From: Phoronis australis
Lineage: Eukaryota; Animalia; Phoronida
DNA length: 64,000 bases
NCBI GenBank assembly: GCA_002633005.1
Contig: NMRA01000016.1
Coordinates: forward strand, 1,248,897 to 1,312,896
Direction: 5' to 3'
Shown: piece after piece, positions 25,869-38,300 of the stretch
How the letters are laid out: the number at the start of each line of letters is the position of its first letter
Numbering within the stretch: the stretch's first letter is position 1
The notes under the pieces: generated by a model
Seen by the model: only the letters and a program-made list of their open reading frames with translations
Databases searched by the model: none
What the model was told of the DNA's origin: nothing
Position numbers and translations under genes: made by a program

Positions 25869-26225
25869 GGTGAGAGAAAGGGGAAGGGGAGACGTGTTGA
25901 CGTGTTTTCAATTCAAAAATAAAATATTAATCTGTTCCATCAAATATAAGGGATAACAAATAAACAAAGGCACACATACAAGGCATATCTGCCTCTGCTA
26001 ACAAGTGACTTTTAAGGCATGCACCATTGTGAAAAACACTTGAGCAAAAATGTGTTTTGAAAAAACCGCATGATATAGGACCGAGGCTCGCATAGTTACA
26101 TTAGTGAGGGCTGGTACAAATATTGACTGAATGTAAATGGAGTCGTTGACAACGCCAAATGTAATGTGTTTCAGTGGCTAAAACAAGTCGATAGACTTTA
26201 ACTGTTAAGCTTATTCTATTTGTGC

Positions 26226-26470
26226 CATGGGCGGATCTGGACTTTGGGAGGGCGCTGTTCAATGTGCGGGCTCATGTAGTGTTTTGGTGGCGTAATCTTC
26301 CACAGCATTTTGTCAATACTTCTCTCACTAATCAAAGGTGGATCAAGAATTCTGAGATAGGGAGTCCAGGAAAGAGTATTAGCCAGGGTTTTGCCTGTCA
26401 GACAATCGCAACTCTAAACTGAACTTTAGGGGAGGCATAGCCCCCTTGGCCCCACTCTAAATCCGCCACT
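26226..26470. mobile_element. Short MITE-like element with degenerate GGCGGAT termini
   Basis: catgggcggatctgga ... gcccccttggccccactctaaatccgccact. Confidence 0.4.
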
Positions 26471-27688
26471 TCTATTAAAACTTAGAAATTACTTGTGCTT
26501 GCTTCCGAAAGAGCCCTCATGGGGGCTTTATGTTGGTAGAAATCCCTGTATGGAAAGTTTTGCGACCTGCGAAGTTAAGTAATCAAGAATGCTGCGTCTG
26601 ATTGGCCAGTTAAAACTTCACTCAAAATCCTGGCGATAGGTTAATTAGGAGACTTTCTAAGGCAATGTAGCGCCTGGTCACATGAGACCAGATACTTATG
26701 GCTTAATTCTAGAGAACGACGAGGTACTTTGAAACGTGTTTAAAACACATCAACTCTGATCGCACTGCAGGTTGTAAAATGGTCTTTTCACGAAGACAAA
26801 CTCTATGTCACCCGCTGTGATGACTAGGTGATTCCTGGGTTGGGTTATGTAACGCTAGAACCCAAGCTATAGGACCTCGCTAAAACCTAGCCAAAAGTAC
26901 GTCTTCTCGTTTAAAACACACGGCAATATCTCACGTAATCTCACGAAGTCCTGCTTGTCAGCGAGGTCCTAGCCTAACAGATTTCCACGCTGGCATGGGT
27001 AGGTGGCGATATGAGTCATAGGCCCCCATGTGAACAATCCTCATTGCTTCCTGAAAATTTCCCATTGCTAAAAGGGTTACCCGGACTCATGCTGATGCAC
27101 TAGTCTTTTAGATACAGCAACTGAATATTTTCATCTTTCTACCCATTCATTTTATGTCTGCCTGTTTCTTTTTGTCTGTTTGCCTATTTGTCTTTGTTTT
27201 TCGGTCTGTTTGACTTATTCCCATAAAATAATTCCATATGTTCAAGTTAATTGCGCCTCATATTCATATCATGAAGAAATGTCTTATTAGAAAGGTGGAA
27301 CTCAAATTACGTTGAGAATAAAGCTTTCGTTAATATATACATAATCAATTCAAAACATTTATATTGTTTCAGTTCACGTGTAAATTTAATCAACGATTTC
27401 TCCATTCAAGTATTGATAAAATATCATTTGCATTGTGCTAAGGCAATTGTAATGTGTACTTGGTTTGACTTTTTGCAAGAAAGCCTCTCTATGAACAGCA
27501 GTCCAGGTAAACCTTAGTTTCCTATACTAAGGAACCTAAAGGTGGCGCCATACTGCAATAAACTATTAGATAGCAATGGACTGATTAGGGACCAAACCGA
27601 GAAAATATATTTAAGGGCAAGTCTTTTTTATTGAAATGAAAACCCATGTTCACATGGTGACGTTGAAAATCCTCTTCATTTCTTCATT

Positions 27689-30600
27689 CTACAACAGCTC
27701 CTTAATGGTAATCGAACATCCGCTGTTGTAGCATGTTTGCGCTTTGCCTATCGGTAGTCCGGTGCACGGCCCAATGTGCAACTTGACCTGTATGTCACCA
27801 GACGAACGTATGTAGCATGTACCAGAAACTGAAAAAAATTGCAGTGGCATTTTCATTTCAATAATTTGTTGCGTGACTCTGGCATACTTTAAGACTGGGT
27901 GGTGACGGTTTTCATGGTGGCACTGCTGAAGGCGGAGGTGGTATTGGTGATGGAGAATCTGGTGGTGGTAGCGATGATGATGGTTATGGTGGTAGTTCTG
28001 ATGAGGGAGGTGACGATGGTATTGGGCTGGTGATATTGATTACGATGGTGGTGATACGGAGGTAATGTTGATGGTGACTTTGATTGGTGGTGGCGGTGGT
28101 GGCGGTACTGATGTTGGTGGAGGTGGTGGCGGTAGAGATGGTGGTGGTTGTGGTGGTGGTGGTTGCAGTGTTGGTGACGATACTCATCCTAGTGGCAAGG
28201 GGGAGCATCAAATTTGTAACGTACCATTAAGATTCATTGTACAGCGACAAAAGCTTTAATTAAATAAGACCGCAGGTCGTATTATACATTGGCAATTATT
28301 TAAACTTGGCGTGGATGAAACTGATGAGGTGTAATTCAATTTTATAGGCGCTCTCAATGTCTATTTTTAAGACTTCAGTGAGCTTATTAAAGAACAATGG
28401 CCAATTTAGCAACGAGCTACTGCAATACTTGGTTTATTCGTAGGTTATTGTCTCTTGAGCTCAAAAACTAATAAGCTAACACCTCGAGAAAATTGTTTTA
28501 AAAATGTACTTACATTGATTACCACGTTGGACAGTTATCGTCCCAGGATTTTGGTACACTATCGTGTCAATTTCACTATCTATGCATTGTTGATTGTTGA
28601 GGGTGAAGTACCAACGGTTACAGCGAGCGGCGGCTCCTGCCTGACCAAGCATGCCAAGAATGCCACTCCACGTGACATGCAGCGATGAATAAGGGTTCGT
28701 CTTGAAGAAAGTCGTGTTTTAAATGCAGAGGTTGCGGAAAAGGAAAGCACTCCGAGATAATGAAGTAGCTTGTATGAGTGATAGATTTTATTACTTGTAA
28801 GACTTGTTTTGTAAAACAACTTAGTTGACTTGCCTTTGCTGCACATGTGTCCTACTCTTCGTGCCCATTATCATTATCATTTTTCTGCATCGTCGCCAAG
28901 ACACAGTTTGAATCAAACATCTTTCCAAAACGTTGGTTTGCAAGATCACTTGTTTTCTTTTAGTTGTTAATGAAAATAATACAATTATTGGAGTGTATTA
29001 CATCGTTTTGCTTGCTCTCCCGTCTGCCTCCAAGAAGCTGCATCTCGTTGTGTAGAACGAGAATACAAGACAGTTTCGTGGAAGGTGGACTCCACAGACC
29101 GAGTAGAAGAAATTCGCTGGCGTAATGGCAATTACCGTTTCCTTCGGGTTCGCCAAGCACGCTTTTCCCATAAGAAACAATGCTGCCATTCATTCTCGAA
29201 AAACTGTAATGTGATGATCCCATCTTGAAATAATGTCATAGTTGTATGGCCTCTTAATTTACTGTTATTTTACGTTTTATCCTATTATCACAGAGCGTTC
29301 AACGACATTCAACGGCGTTCTCCATTTTTACAGTCACATGAATTGATTTTTCGTAACAGCACGGATATGAAACACCTCCGAGGGGTAATTTGAGAGTTAC
29401 GTAGGTAGATTTGAGGTTATGAAAATACTCGAGGCGTTACGGTTGTGCTATGCTATATTTTACTCATCCAGAACACTTAAGGGTTTTCCGTAACTTCAAA
29501 GTTCCTCTTGGAGGTGAAAGTTATTGCGCACATAGGCATATCGTCAAGTGTCCAATCACTGTTCTGTTTGAAAGTCACAGGACTTGTCATGAGACAGATG
29601 CCCTCACAGGTGCAAATAATTTTCACCTCCGAGAGGAAATTTGAAGCTACGAAAATACCCGAGGTGTTCTGAATGATGCTATACTTTGTTCATTCTGAAC
29701 TCCTGGGGTGTTTGCAGCCTCAAACTGTTCTTCATGCGAGAACATTATCCGTGCAGGTTCAAACTTTCGTTAGTCACATGTCATGTCACGAGTGTGGCTG
29801 TTAAACAAGAGAATGATTGGTCGTACGACTAAAGACGGCATACACGCAGATAACGTTCCTCGGTGAGGAAAATTTCCTGCTGCAAAAATGTCTGAAGTTT
29901 TGAAAATATACGTCATTAAACTGATCTCAACTTGTTTCTTACTCAAATTAGAAATGATGTCTGGCCATGCATGATTGGAGTTCATTATGAATTTTTGTGC
30001 TTTTGTGTTAATTTAGTTCTCGAATTAGACTTTGGCGCGGACTGTGATTTTCTTCTGTTTTCCATGGGTCTTGCATTGTTGCACAACAGTCCATGCCATG
30101 AAGAAGTGGACTGTCTTGTGGTACCGAGATTGAAAACCTCAAAAATATGTTTGCTTTGTTGCGTCTTACGCTTCGGTGCTCAAAGCAAACTCGGCAAGTT
30201 TTGTCTTCCTAAAACCTCTTTGACGTGGTAATCTACTGGCATCATTTTAAAAATCTTTTGGTCTATTTACACCAACTTCTAGCCTTGGTGTATAAAGACC
30301 CAAAGATTTTAGAAATAATGTTCGGCAAGTTTTCTTATTACGTCAAAGAGGTACCCATTCGTTATAGCGTGTATATTATAGATTTTTTCTTTACCAAAGA
30401 ATAACTGTAATGCATTTTTGGTCTTTGTTCGTGTGGACCAGTATATTTCGTACAATGTCAATATGTTCTTTTCCAAAAACAGAAATAGATAAGACCTACC
30501 AGAATTACACCGTTGTCCACGCCAGACGACCAAGCCCGGTTCCAATAGTAGGAGCGAACGTTACTGTAACCACGAAATAAAAGTGTGTGGGTTCATTAAA

Positions 30601-33600
30601 CGCAGGTCCAGAAAAATAATAGATACGATCTCAATTGGCTATTGCGCTGCTGAACACATCTCCTCTTTAGTTGGTTAATTTACTGGCAACACCGTATTGC
30701 AAACTCTTCTCGTCTCCAACAAAATATGACTCTACAGTAGTTTTCTGATTTTCCGAATATTTGGAAAAAGTATATTTTGCAAGTTCAACTGGAGAAAAAA
30801 TGGACTTCTATGAGAGAATATCAAGACAACTGTTTTATAAGCAGAACTACAATGGTCAACGTAAATCCTGCGTCCCAGTGAAGGAATTTATGAGGACTCG
30901 TTTACATTTGAATGTGAACATATACTGCAAACCCACTTTGAATTGCTGATCCTCTTGTTCAGGTCCTGGAACAGACGAACACTGCTGACTATTACAGGTA
31001 CAGTACTTTTATTGGAGCTCTGAAGATGCATTTGAAAATGTAATTGGCAAATCTAAATTGTTGTTTACTATTACAAAACGATAGCCATCACAAGCACAGC
31101 CATTTTACCAGATCATTTTGTTTGACATAAAACCTATCAAGAAGTTTCTCACGTCCAACTTTCCCTTTAATTTGGTCCGATTTTCAAGATCTCCGTCGAG
31201 AATGTGAGAGTCGGTCGATCACTCTAAAACGTTAACTGACTCGTTCCTCAGGCACCTGCTTGGTCCTCTGGTTGTAAGATGTTTTACCATTTTTTCAGCA
31301 GCCTAAGAAATGTCGTAAGCACACCTTTGTTTAGATGCGGTGCAAAATCAGGATGGTCCGTGAGACACATCTGCTCTTCTCCAAGTAGGCGTTTCACTTG
31401 CGGAATATCGTGCTAGCAAACGCAAGCGTCAGTCGTTTCCATTATCGTGACACCATGGCAAGTCATTCAAACGGTTTTCGGAACTATACATGTGTGGCAT
31501 TGTCTGTGCACGTTCTCAGAGCCTCTCTAGTATGTATTCCGGTTTGAACTGATAGTCTGTGAAACCCAACGATCGACCTGTGAAGTCTTCGTCGGATGAG
31601 CACTCGTCTAACTCGGGGTTGCGAGTTGCCATGTTAACGTTTATTTTTGTGCGTTCTGTTTCAAAATGAATTATTCTCACCCTAACCAATGCTTATATAA
31701 AACTGAAACAAAATCTGCCTCATTAGATACAACTTGTAATGCTTTGGAGTGCTCGTGAGTGCAAATGTGTTGAGGAGTCAGAAATGAATAAACCACTGCG
31801 TTACCGGCATATGCAATAAACTAATTGACCTAGCACCGAGGCCGTGTTAGCGCATGCTAATTCAGTGTTTGCTGACAGAAAGCTGTTGTGAAACAATAAT
31901 CCGATTTTATATCCAATGGTTTGATGTTACGGGTATCTTTTTTAGATATTCATGAACATTTTTCTAATCATTGTTACTGTAAAACTTTTGACCTGACGGT
32001 TCTGTTGAAGGGTAACCTGACTTCGCGGCCCCCGACGACCTAGTATGTAGATTTGCAGTTTCTCGGCTAATTCACAAAAACAATCACGTGCATATTATTT
32101 ATTTGGCTCATTAGTATAGCGTTTTTGTGACTGGAAGTTTAGCTTCCAACTTTGATTGGCTTATGTTCGTGATGTCTTCAGCCCGACCGCGATGGGCCTG
32201 ATCGGGTTCCGAGCCTCTGGCTGGGATAGCAATCGTTCTGTGTGTTTAGAACTGAAAAAAACCACAAGTCTAAAATTACAATACACAGCTATGTTCTCCT
32301 GACTGTATTTCACGGACCAATAATTCGAATTTATCACCGAAAAGACCCCAAACTTCTTCGACCGACCTTAGTAAATTGGCCTACCGAACTCTGTAAGCTA
32401 CGGTACGTTCAAATACTTAGAACAACACACGAAATAAAACAACTCGTTTGTTATATAACTCGATGTATTTGTAAGGGTTTTACATCGAATTCTGGTGATT
32501 TATTGGTGCAAAACGATGAATTCAAGCGAAAAGCTGACACCAGTTATTGTGTTGTGAACTGGTGAACAGACTGGGTTCGAACCTCTGACGTCAATGGTTA
32601 ATTTCAACACCTCCGAGTGCTGTAAGGTGTCAGGTAACACAGCTTTACTTACTGTTATCGAGTGGAACTACTCGATCTAAATTGATACCAAATGGGCTGT
32701 TTTGAGGTTGCATTCTCATTTAATGGAATCTGAAAGTTCAAAAGAATTCCGCATTTCGTCAGCGGTAGTAGATGAAGCGGTCACGGACTGGGAAGACTTG
32801 TTTACACTCTTCTCTAATCTATATTAGTATTGATGTCTATGTATCAGAAAAAATGGGAATGCGACGCATGTATCAGTCGCAGCAATTGAGAGAGAATTGA
32901 AATTCAAGGGTTTTGTAAACTTACGTTCACTCGTTGTTCCAGCTTGTAGATTCTCTCTGAAAATGGACATGGAAAGTCTTACTTTTAAATACTGTAAACT
33001 TACGCACACTCCTTGCTCTAATTTGTAAATTCTTCAAATAATCCTTAAAGGTGTTAGAGTGTTGTCTTGGCGACACAACGATATGTGACATTTGTGATGT
33101 CACGATATTCTGCGGTTCACCAGGATCGTCTCATAAGCAGTAATTCATGTTAAAGTCCTCATATTTGTTAAAACGTCAGTTACATAGACGCTGTTGTAGT
33201 TCAACGATAATGGCCTTACCTGTCCGTTTTGAAGTCAAATTTAACCTTTATTTCACGTACATAGAATACATCACGTTTTAACGGACGACGAGTTATTATA
33301 TGCAGGAAAAAGTTTATTTTCAGAGACTACATTATCCAATAAGACTCAAATGAAGACCTTTCCATGTGATTTCATGATTCATGCGATTTTAATTTCAACT
33401 GCTTTTTATTCCTGTCATAATGAAGCCGGCAGTTTTTTTCTGTCACGTCTTGCGGCCGAGTCTTCGGATATGATAATTATTATCACATAATAATTATTAT
33501 CAATAATTAAAGAAGCTAATAATTGATACACTTGCGCTACTTGCTGGCATTCAAAATGACATAGATATCAAGGACTAACCTCCAGTTCCACAACAACAAT

Positions 33601-33679
33601 CGGAGCTGCTGGCGAACTTTGAATCCCCAACCAGGAGTGCGAGAACTACCACACTAAGAAGTTTTAACCAACAACCCAT
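27689..33679 (-). CDS. CTHRC1-like: CTHRC1-C-domain protein paralog B (divergent; exon-5 acceptor mutated, possibly a cryptic-acceptor variant or incipient pseudogene)
   Basis: Exons 33679-33580 (MGCWLKLLSVVVLALLVGDSKFASSSDCCCGTG), 32956-32925, 30965-30937 (DLNKRISNS), 30563-30500 ([21 protein letters not shown]), 28718 or 28700 to 28514 (...[59 protein letters not shown]), 27828-27689 ([45 protein letters not shown]). There are no stops or frameshifts within the exons, but the orthologous exon-5 acceptor reads AA instead of AG. Confidence 0.78.
28514..28718 (-). CDS. Paralog B exon 5 (core of CTHRC1 C-domain)
   Basis: Open frame with CNRWYFTLNNQQC; GTAAGT donor at 28513; acceptor uncertain. 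Confidence 0.8.
31290..31632 (-). pseudogene. Decayed P2X7-ballast/Nanor-like Cys-rich domain ORF, likely a transposon accessory gene (Kolobok KolX-like), in intron 2 of B
   Basis: MATRNPELDECSSDEDF...YQFKPEY...RLNDLPWC /frameshift/ METTDACVC*HDIPQV...CLTDHPDF...LNKGVL resembles the Y-x-F-E-P-E, R-L-x4-W-C, E-C-x-C-C, C-I-T-x-H-P-x-F pattern; stops and a frameshift. Confidence 0.6.
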
Positions 33680-33724
33680 TTTGGCAAAGGATGATGGAAT
33701 AATTCGAACGATAAATGACACAGT

Positions 33725-33930
33725 CGTATTTATATGCTGGTTATCCTTTACGTGCCTAATAAACCGAATTTCATATCGTCACTATGGTGAAATCCGTTGC
33801 TCCAATGAAGTCTTCTTCATCTCTTTGCCGATTTTGATGATTGGTCGGTATTAAGTTACGAACTACGCCCCCTTGCTGAAATGGTCGTGAGTCACCCCCC
33901 CCCCCCCCCCCTATTCACCGCCCCATATAT
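33725..33930 (-). promoter_or_regulatory. Proximal promoter of paralog B (TATA, CCAAT, AP-1-like, GC box)
   Basis: TATAAAT ~33728-33734, CCAAT 33840-33844, TGAGTCA 33888-33894, CCGCCC ~33918. Confidence 0.55.
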
Positions 33931-34479
33931 CGTTTGCACTGGTCACCTGTCACACATGAGCATGAGAAAGCCACAGCAAGAAAAACACATTAAGTTTTAT
34001 AACCATTAGTTTTTGAAATGGGCATCAACAGAACTGGAAAGTTGAAGATTTCACCAGCGCAAGTTTTCGTGTTTCATCATTTATTATGTTATAAATGAAT
34101 TTGAGTTAGTTGTTTGCCGCCTCCAAGATTGGCAATTTAAAGCTGATTTCGTCACGACGAAAGTCATCCCATACCACCCAGCAGGTGCAGAAAATCGTAA
34201 AGCAGAACTCACACTGTCACTAAAACCGCGGTCTCACCGGTGCCCAGCATTGACTGTTTCTAGGTCGAAGGATAACTTAAAGATATGTGTCTACATTTTC
34301 CACACACTGTTTAAACAGGAAATTAAAAATTCCTCAGTCGAATCATTCAAATGTCCTATAAAAAATCCCGGTTTCAACATGTTGTTTGAACTGAGAGATA
34401 CTCTCCCTTGAACGGTAGCGGTCACAGTTTGGAACAGATAATGCTTTTCTGCAATTTATACTAGCAATGGGTTTCCTGG

Positions 34480-35259
34480 GTGTTCTTGCGGCAATATAGA
34501 TCATGTCTTATCATGGGAAGAAAGGCGTCGTTGTAATAAACTAATCATGGCAGAGCTCCGACAGTGTTTCAGTGAAGTAAAAGGCGCAGACCTCTTCTCC
34601 CGAGCGGTCACAGTCTAACGCTCTCCCTGTCGGAGCTAAATCCCATTCGATAAATGGCTGCGTATTTTAGACTTATTTGGCTGGTAAAGTTACGAATCTT
34701 GATTTCAGCATGTGGCTGGCAGACAATGGCGGGAATTGACAACTTTTCATAAAATCTTAAAAAACACAGCGTATTTTGTTATTTAATAGAACTCTTCAAA
34801 GATAATGAAGTCTGTTCCATCCACTAATCTCAAAATCCATTATTCGGTAATAAGTTTTTTAATGCTGTTCCTTTAAATCATGTGGAACGTTATATTGCAA
34901 AAATCAAGTACATGAAATCGCTTTCACAGCAATGTGCCTATGTTCTGCAAAGAAACAAGTAACTCAATTGTTCCACTAGGTCTAATACGGTTTTTTCCAA
35001 AGCTTGAAAATTTATGACCAATACATGCGTTCTCAAGAAACTCTTCAACGTTTCCTTGTAATATACATGGTTGTTTCTGTAAAGATTCGAATATGAATCT
35101 CATTAAGTGTTTCCTTTTAATATTTGAATTGAATTTTGGGCATTTAAGGATGTCAGTCTTAAAACCTCCAACTTCAAAGCAACAGAAAACTTCGATGGCT
35201 AAACGCAAACAATACGAGGTAAACCATAAGATAACAATCCTAAATAACAAATTCACCAT
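34480..35259 (-). mobile_element. L1/Tx1-type endonuclease relic, unit B copy
   Basis: LQGNVEEFLENACIGHKFSSFGKN...; nucleotide homology to 23100-23760. Confidence 0.55.
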
Positions 35260-35336
35260 CTTGCCTTTTACAAAACAGCACTGTCAATGAATCGTAACTA
35301 TTTATATGTCCATGTTAGCGCTGTCAATTTTACAGT

Positions 35337-38300
35337 TACACCGAAAAGTGAGTGTAGTTGAACATATTAACACCAGTTGTTTGGGTATTAGGTCGGGCCC
35401 ATAGGAAAAAAAATATTATTTCCGGGATAAAAAACTAATTCGACTTCTCCAAACTTTTGTTCCCAATGATTCTAGATTTCAGACTTCCCTTATTGCCATC
35501 TCCTACCCTGGTAGTCGCCAATCTCGTACCCCCGGGCCAACCCGCCACAGGTATGACAACTTTGCTGTTTGGAGGGCTGCCCCCTAAGGAGGAAGCCACC
35601 AGAATTCTGCATACCAGTGCTTCTACAAAATGTCACGAGAAAGATCACCCACTAGAGTTTCTGTTAGCAGCCTCGCTATTCTCTGTAGGTAAATGATAAA
35701 AAACTTATCGAGCTTCACCAACCCAAATTAAAAGTTATTGAAACGCCATTTATAGTGTTAGTTCGGATTGCCAAAATTTATCGTGAATGTGAACGTTGCT
35801 ATTTGGGTCTCACATGATAGAGATTTCCCAAATTTCAGCCTGTATTTAAGTTTACTGAAATATCATCATATCTTACGTGATTAGCTTTGAATTGGCAAAA
35901 ATGGACTATACATCAGTCGATTTTCGTGACATGTCTATCAAAAAACAACGAACCCTTGCAAGAAGACACGTTGGGCCGTCACATGGCAACACAATATAAA
36001 ATCTTAAGGTACGCAAAGTGGCCCGTTTGAGTTAGGCCTAACTGCGTTTTGAGCAAACAACAATTGTTATTTTAGAATTTGTGTTATGTGTTTAGGCAGT
36101 GGGCGACTGTTCTAGAGCTTCTAGAAAATACTTTTGTGAGTATTTTGGGGGAGGGGGGCAATTTTGTTTCTTTGTTTAAAATGATCCCGCGTATAAAGAA
36201 AGTTGCAATGTTAACTAAAAAGCATCTCAAAGCTACATGTACTATATTGCAAACAACTATAAGACTGAAAGCAAAAAGTTAAAATGTGAAATTACGTGTA
36301 TGCACGTTAACGTACTATCTCTCTAAGTTTAGTATAACGGGGTCATTGGTAGACGCTCGTGAAACTATTTCCGTAACATAGCACACTCACAATACGCCAT
36401 TTCAGATCATGTTCCAACGCTACTTTCTGTTTTTAACCACCAGTCTTGAGCCTGAATAGATTCGTGTAGTTAAGTGTTATGGAAATGTCACCCAGCGACG
36501 TAATAAAATTATGAATGTGTAAACAGCGCAAAGATACATCTATCACCGGAAGACGTGGGTCGAGAGTATTGTTGGTCGTGAGGCGAGGTCGTGGGTCAAG
36601 GGGGTCGTGGGGTGTGGGGGTCGAGGGACTCGAGGGGATATTGTGACAACCCGTAGCCGAGTGTTGGCTACGGGAGATTCACAAACTTATGATAGTAACA
36701 ATGAATACCATTAGTCACAGGCAAAAACAGATAAAATCTGGGCAATATACATGTATAAACGAACTTGTATAAAAAGAACTAAAATTACAATCAAAAAACA
36801 ACCAAGAAATAATAACACCTTAACGCTCACGGTGATATCAATACGTTTTCAGGGACAAGATGACTGTTATTCAGCAGTCCTTCCTCAACTGATGCAGAGT
36901 TCACCGAAATAGACGGGAGTGGTCTATGATTTTAGTTTAGGTTTTTAGTTTGATAACAGAAAGGAGGTAAATATTGTGTCATATTACTTAACATGGTGTA
37001 TATTTTTAAGTGTTTGGAATAGATTTCCTTTGAGATAAGGACTTTAAGGTAACGTAATCAACGTTCAACAAAATGGGCAGGGGTTTCCCCTAAGACAGGG
37101 GATGCCGCCCACTTGGGCATTTCAATTTAGTTGCAGTTCAACACAACCACCAAAGTAATTGATGTTTTCGAAAAAATTGATACGGGACTCCCCTGTCCCC
37201 GGATTACGGCGGGTGATGACAGCCACTTGGGCATGCTAATTAAACAGTTCATTGCAGCCATGTACTCCAGTTAACGTTCTCAAACAATTGACCTATCACA
37301 AGCTCCGCCCCCTTGCGTAATGTTGACTAGCAAACAATAAGTTTTACCCGCAACGTGTTGTTTGTCGGGTAAAATGGCGGCTTGGAAACAAAGGTGTGTC
37401 AATAATGATGCGTTCTAAATGGTCAGTTAAGCCGTCACTCAAAATCTTGGCCATAGGGATACTCCTGTCCCTGGATTATGGCACTGGATGCTCACAACTT
37501 GCTTANTACACCGAAAAGTGAGTGTAGTTGAACATATTAACACCAGTTGTTTGGGTATTAGGTCGGGCCCATAGGAAAAAAATATTATTTCCGGGATAAA
37601 AAACTAATTCGACTTCTCCAAACTTTTGTTCCCAATGATTCTAGATTTCAGACTTCCCTTATTGCCATCTACTACCCTGGTAGTCGCCAATCTCGCACCC
37701 CCGGGCCAACCCGCCACAGGTATGACAACTTTGCTGTTTGGAGGGCTGCCCCCTAAGGAGGAAGCCACCAGAATTCTGCATACCAGTGCTTCTACAAAAT
37801 GTCACGAGAAAGGTCACCTACTAGAGTTTCTGTTAGCAGCCTCGCTATTCTCTGTAGGCAAATGATAAAAAACTTATCGAGCTTCACCAACCCAAATTAA
37901 AAGTTATTGAAACGCCATTTATAGTGTTAGTTCGGATTGCCAAAATTTATCGTGAATGTGAACGTTGCTATTTGGGTCTCACATGACAGAGATTTCCCAA
38001 ATTTCAGCCTGTATTTAAGTTTACTGAAATATCATCATATCTTACGTGATTAGCTTTGAATTGGCAAAAATGGACTATACATCAGTCGATTTTCGTGACA
38101 TGTCTATCAAAAAACAACGAACCCTTGCAAGAAGACACGTTGGGCCGTCACATGGCAACACAATATCAAATCTTAAGGTACGCAAAGTGGCCCGTTTGAG
38201 TTAGGCCTAACTGCGTTTTGAGCAAACAACAATTGTTATTTTAGAATTTGTGTTATGTGTTTAGGCAGTGGGCGACTGTTCTAGAGCTTCTAGAAAATAC

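Larger units (their letters stand above)
27100..35260. repeat. Shorter, more diverged duplication unit B (carries paralog B)
   Basis: Introns and flanks align with units A and C (e.g. 27250-27680~13090-13500; 34140-35100~22745-23750). Confidence 0.75.

Noticed and set aside
25548-25911. ER/LS-repeat ORFs
   Set aside because: Artefacts of (GA)n and the N gap.
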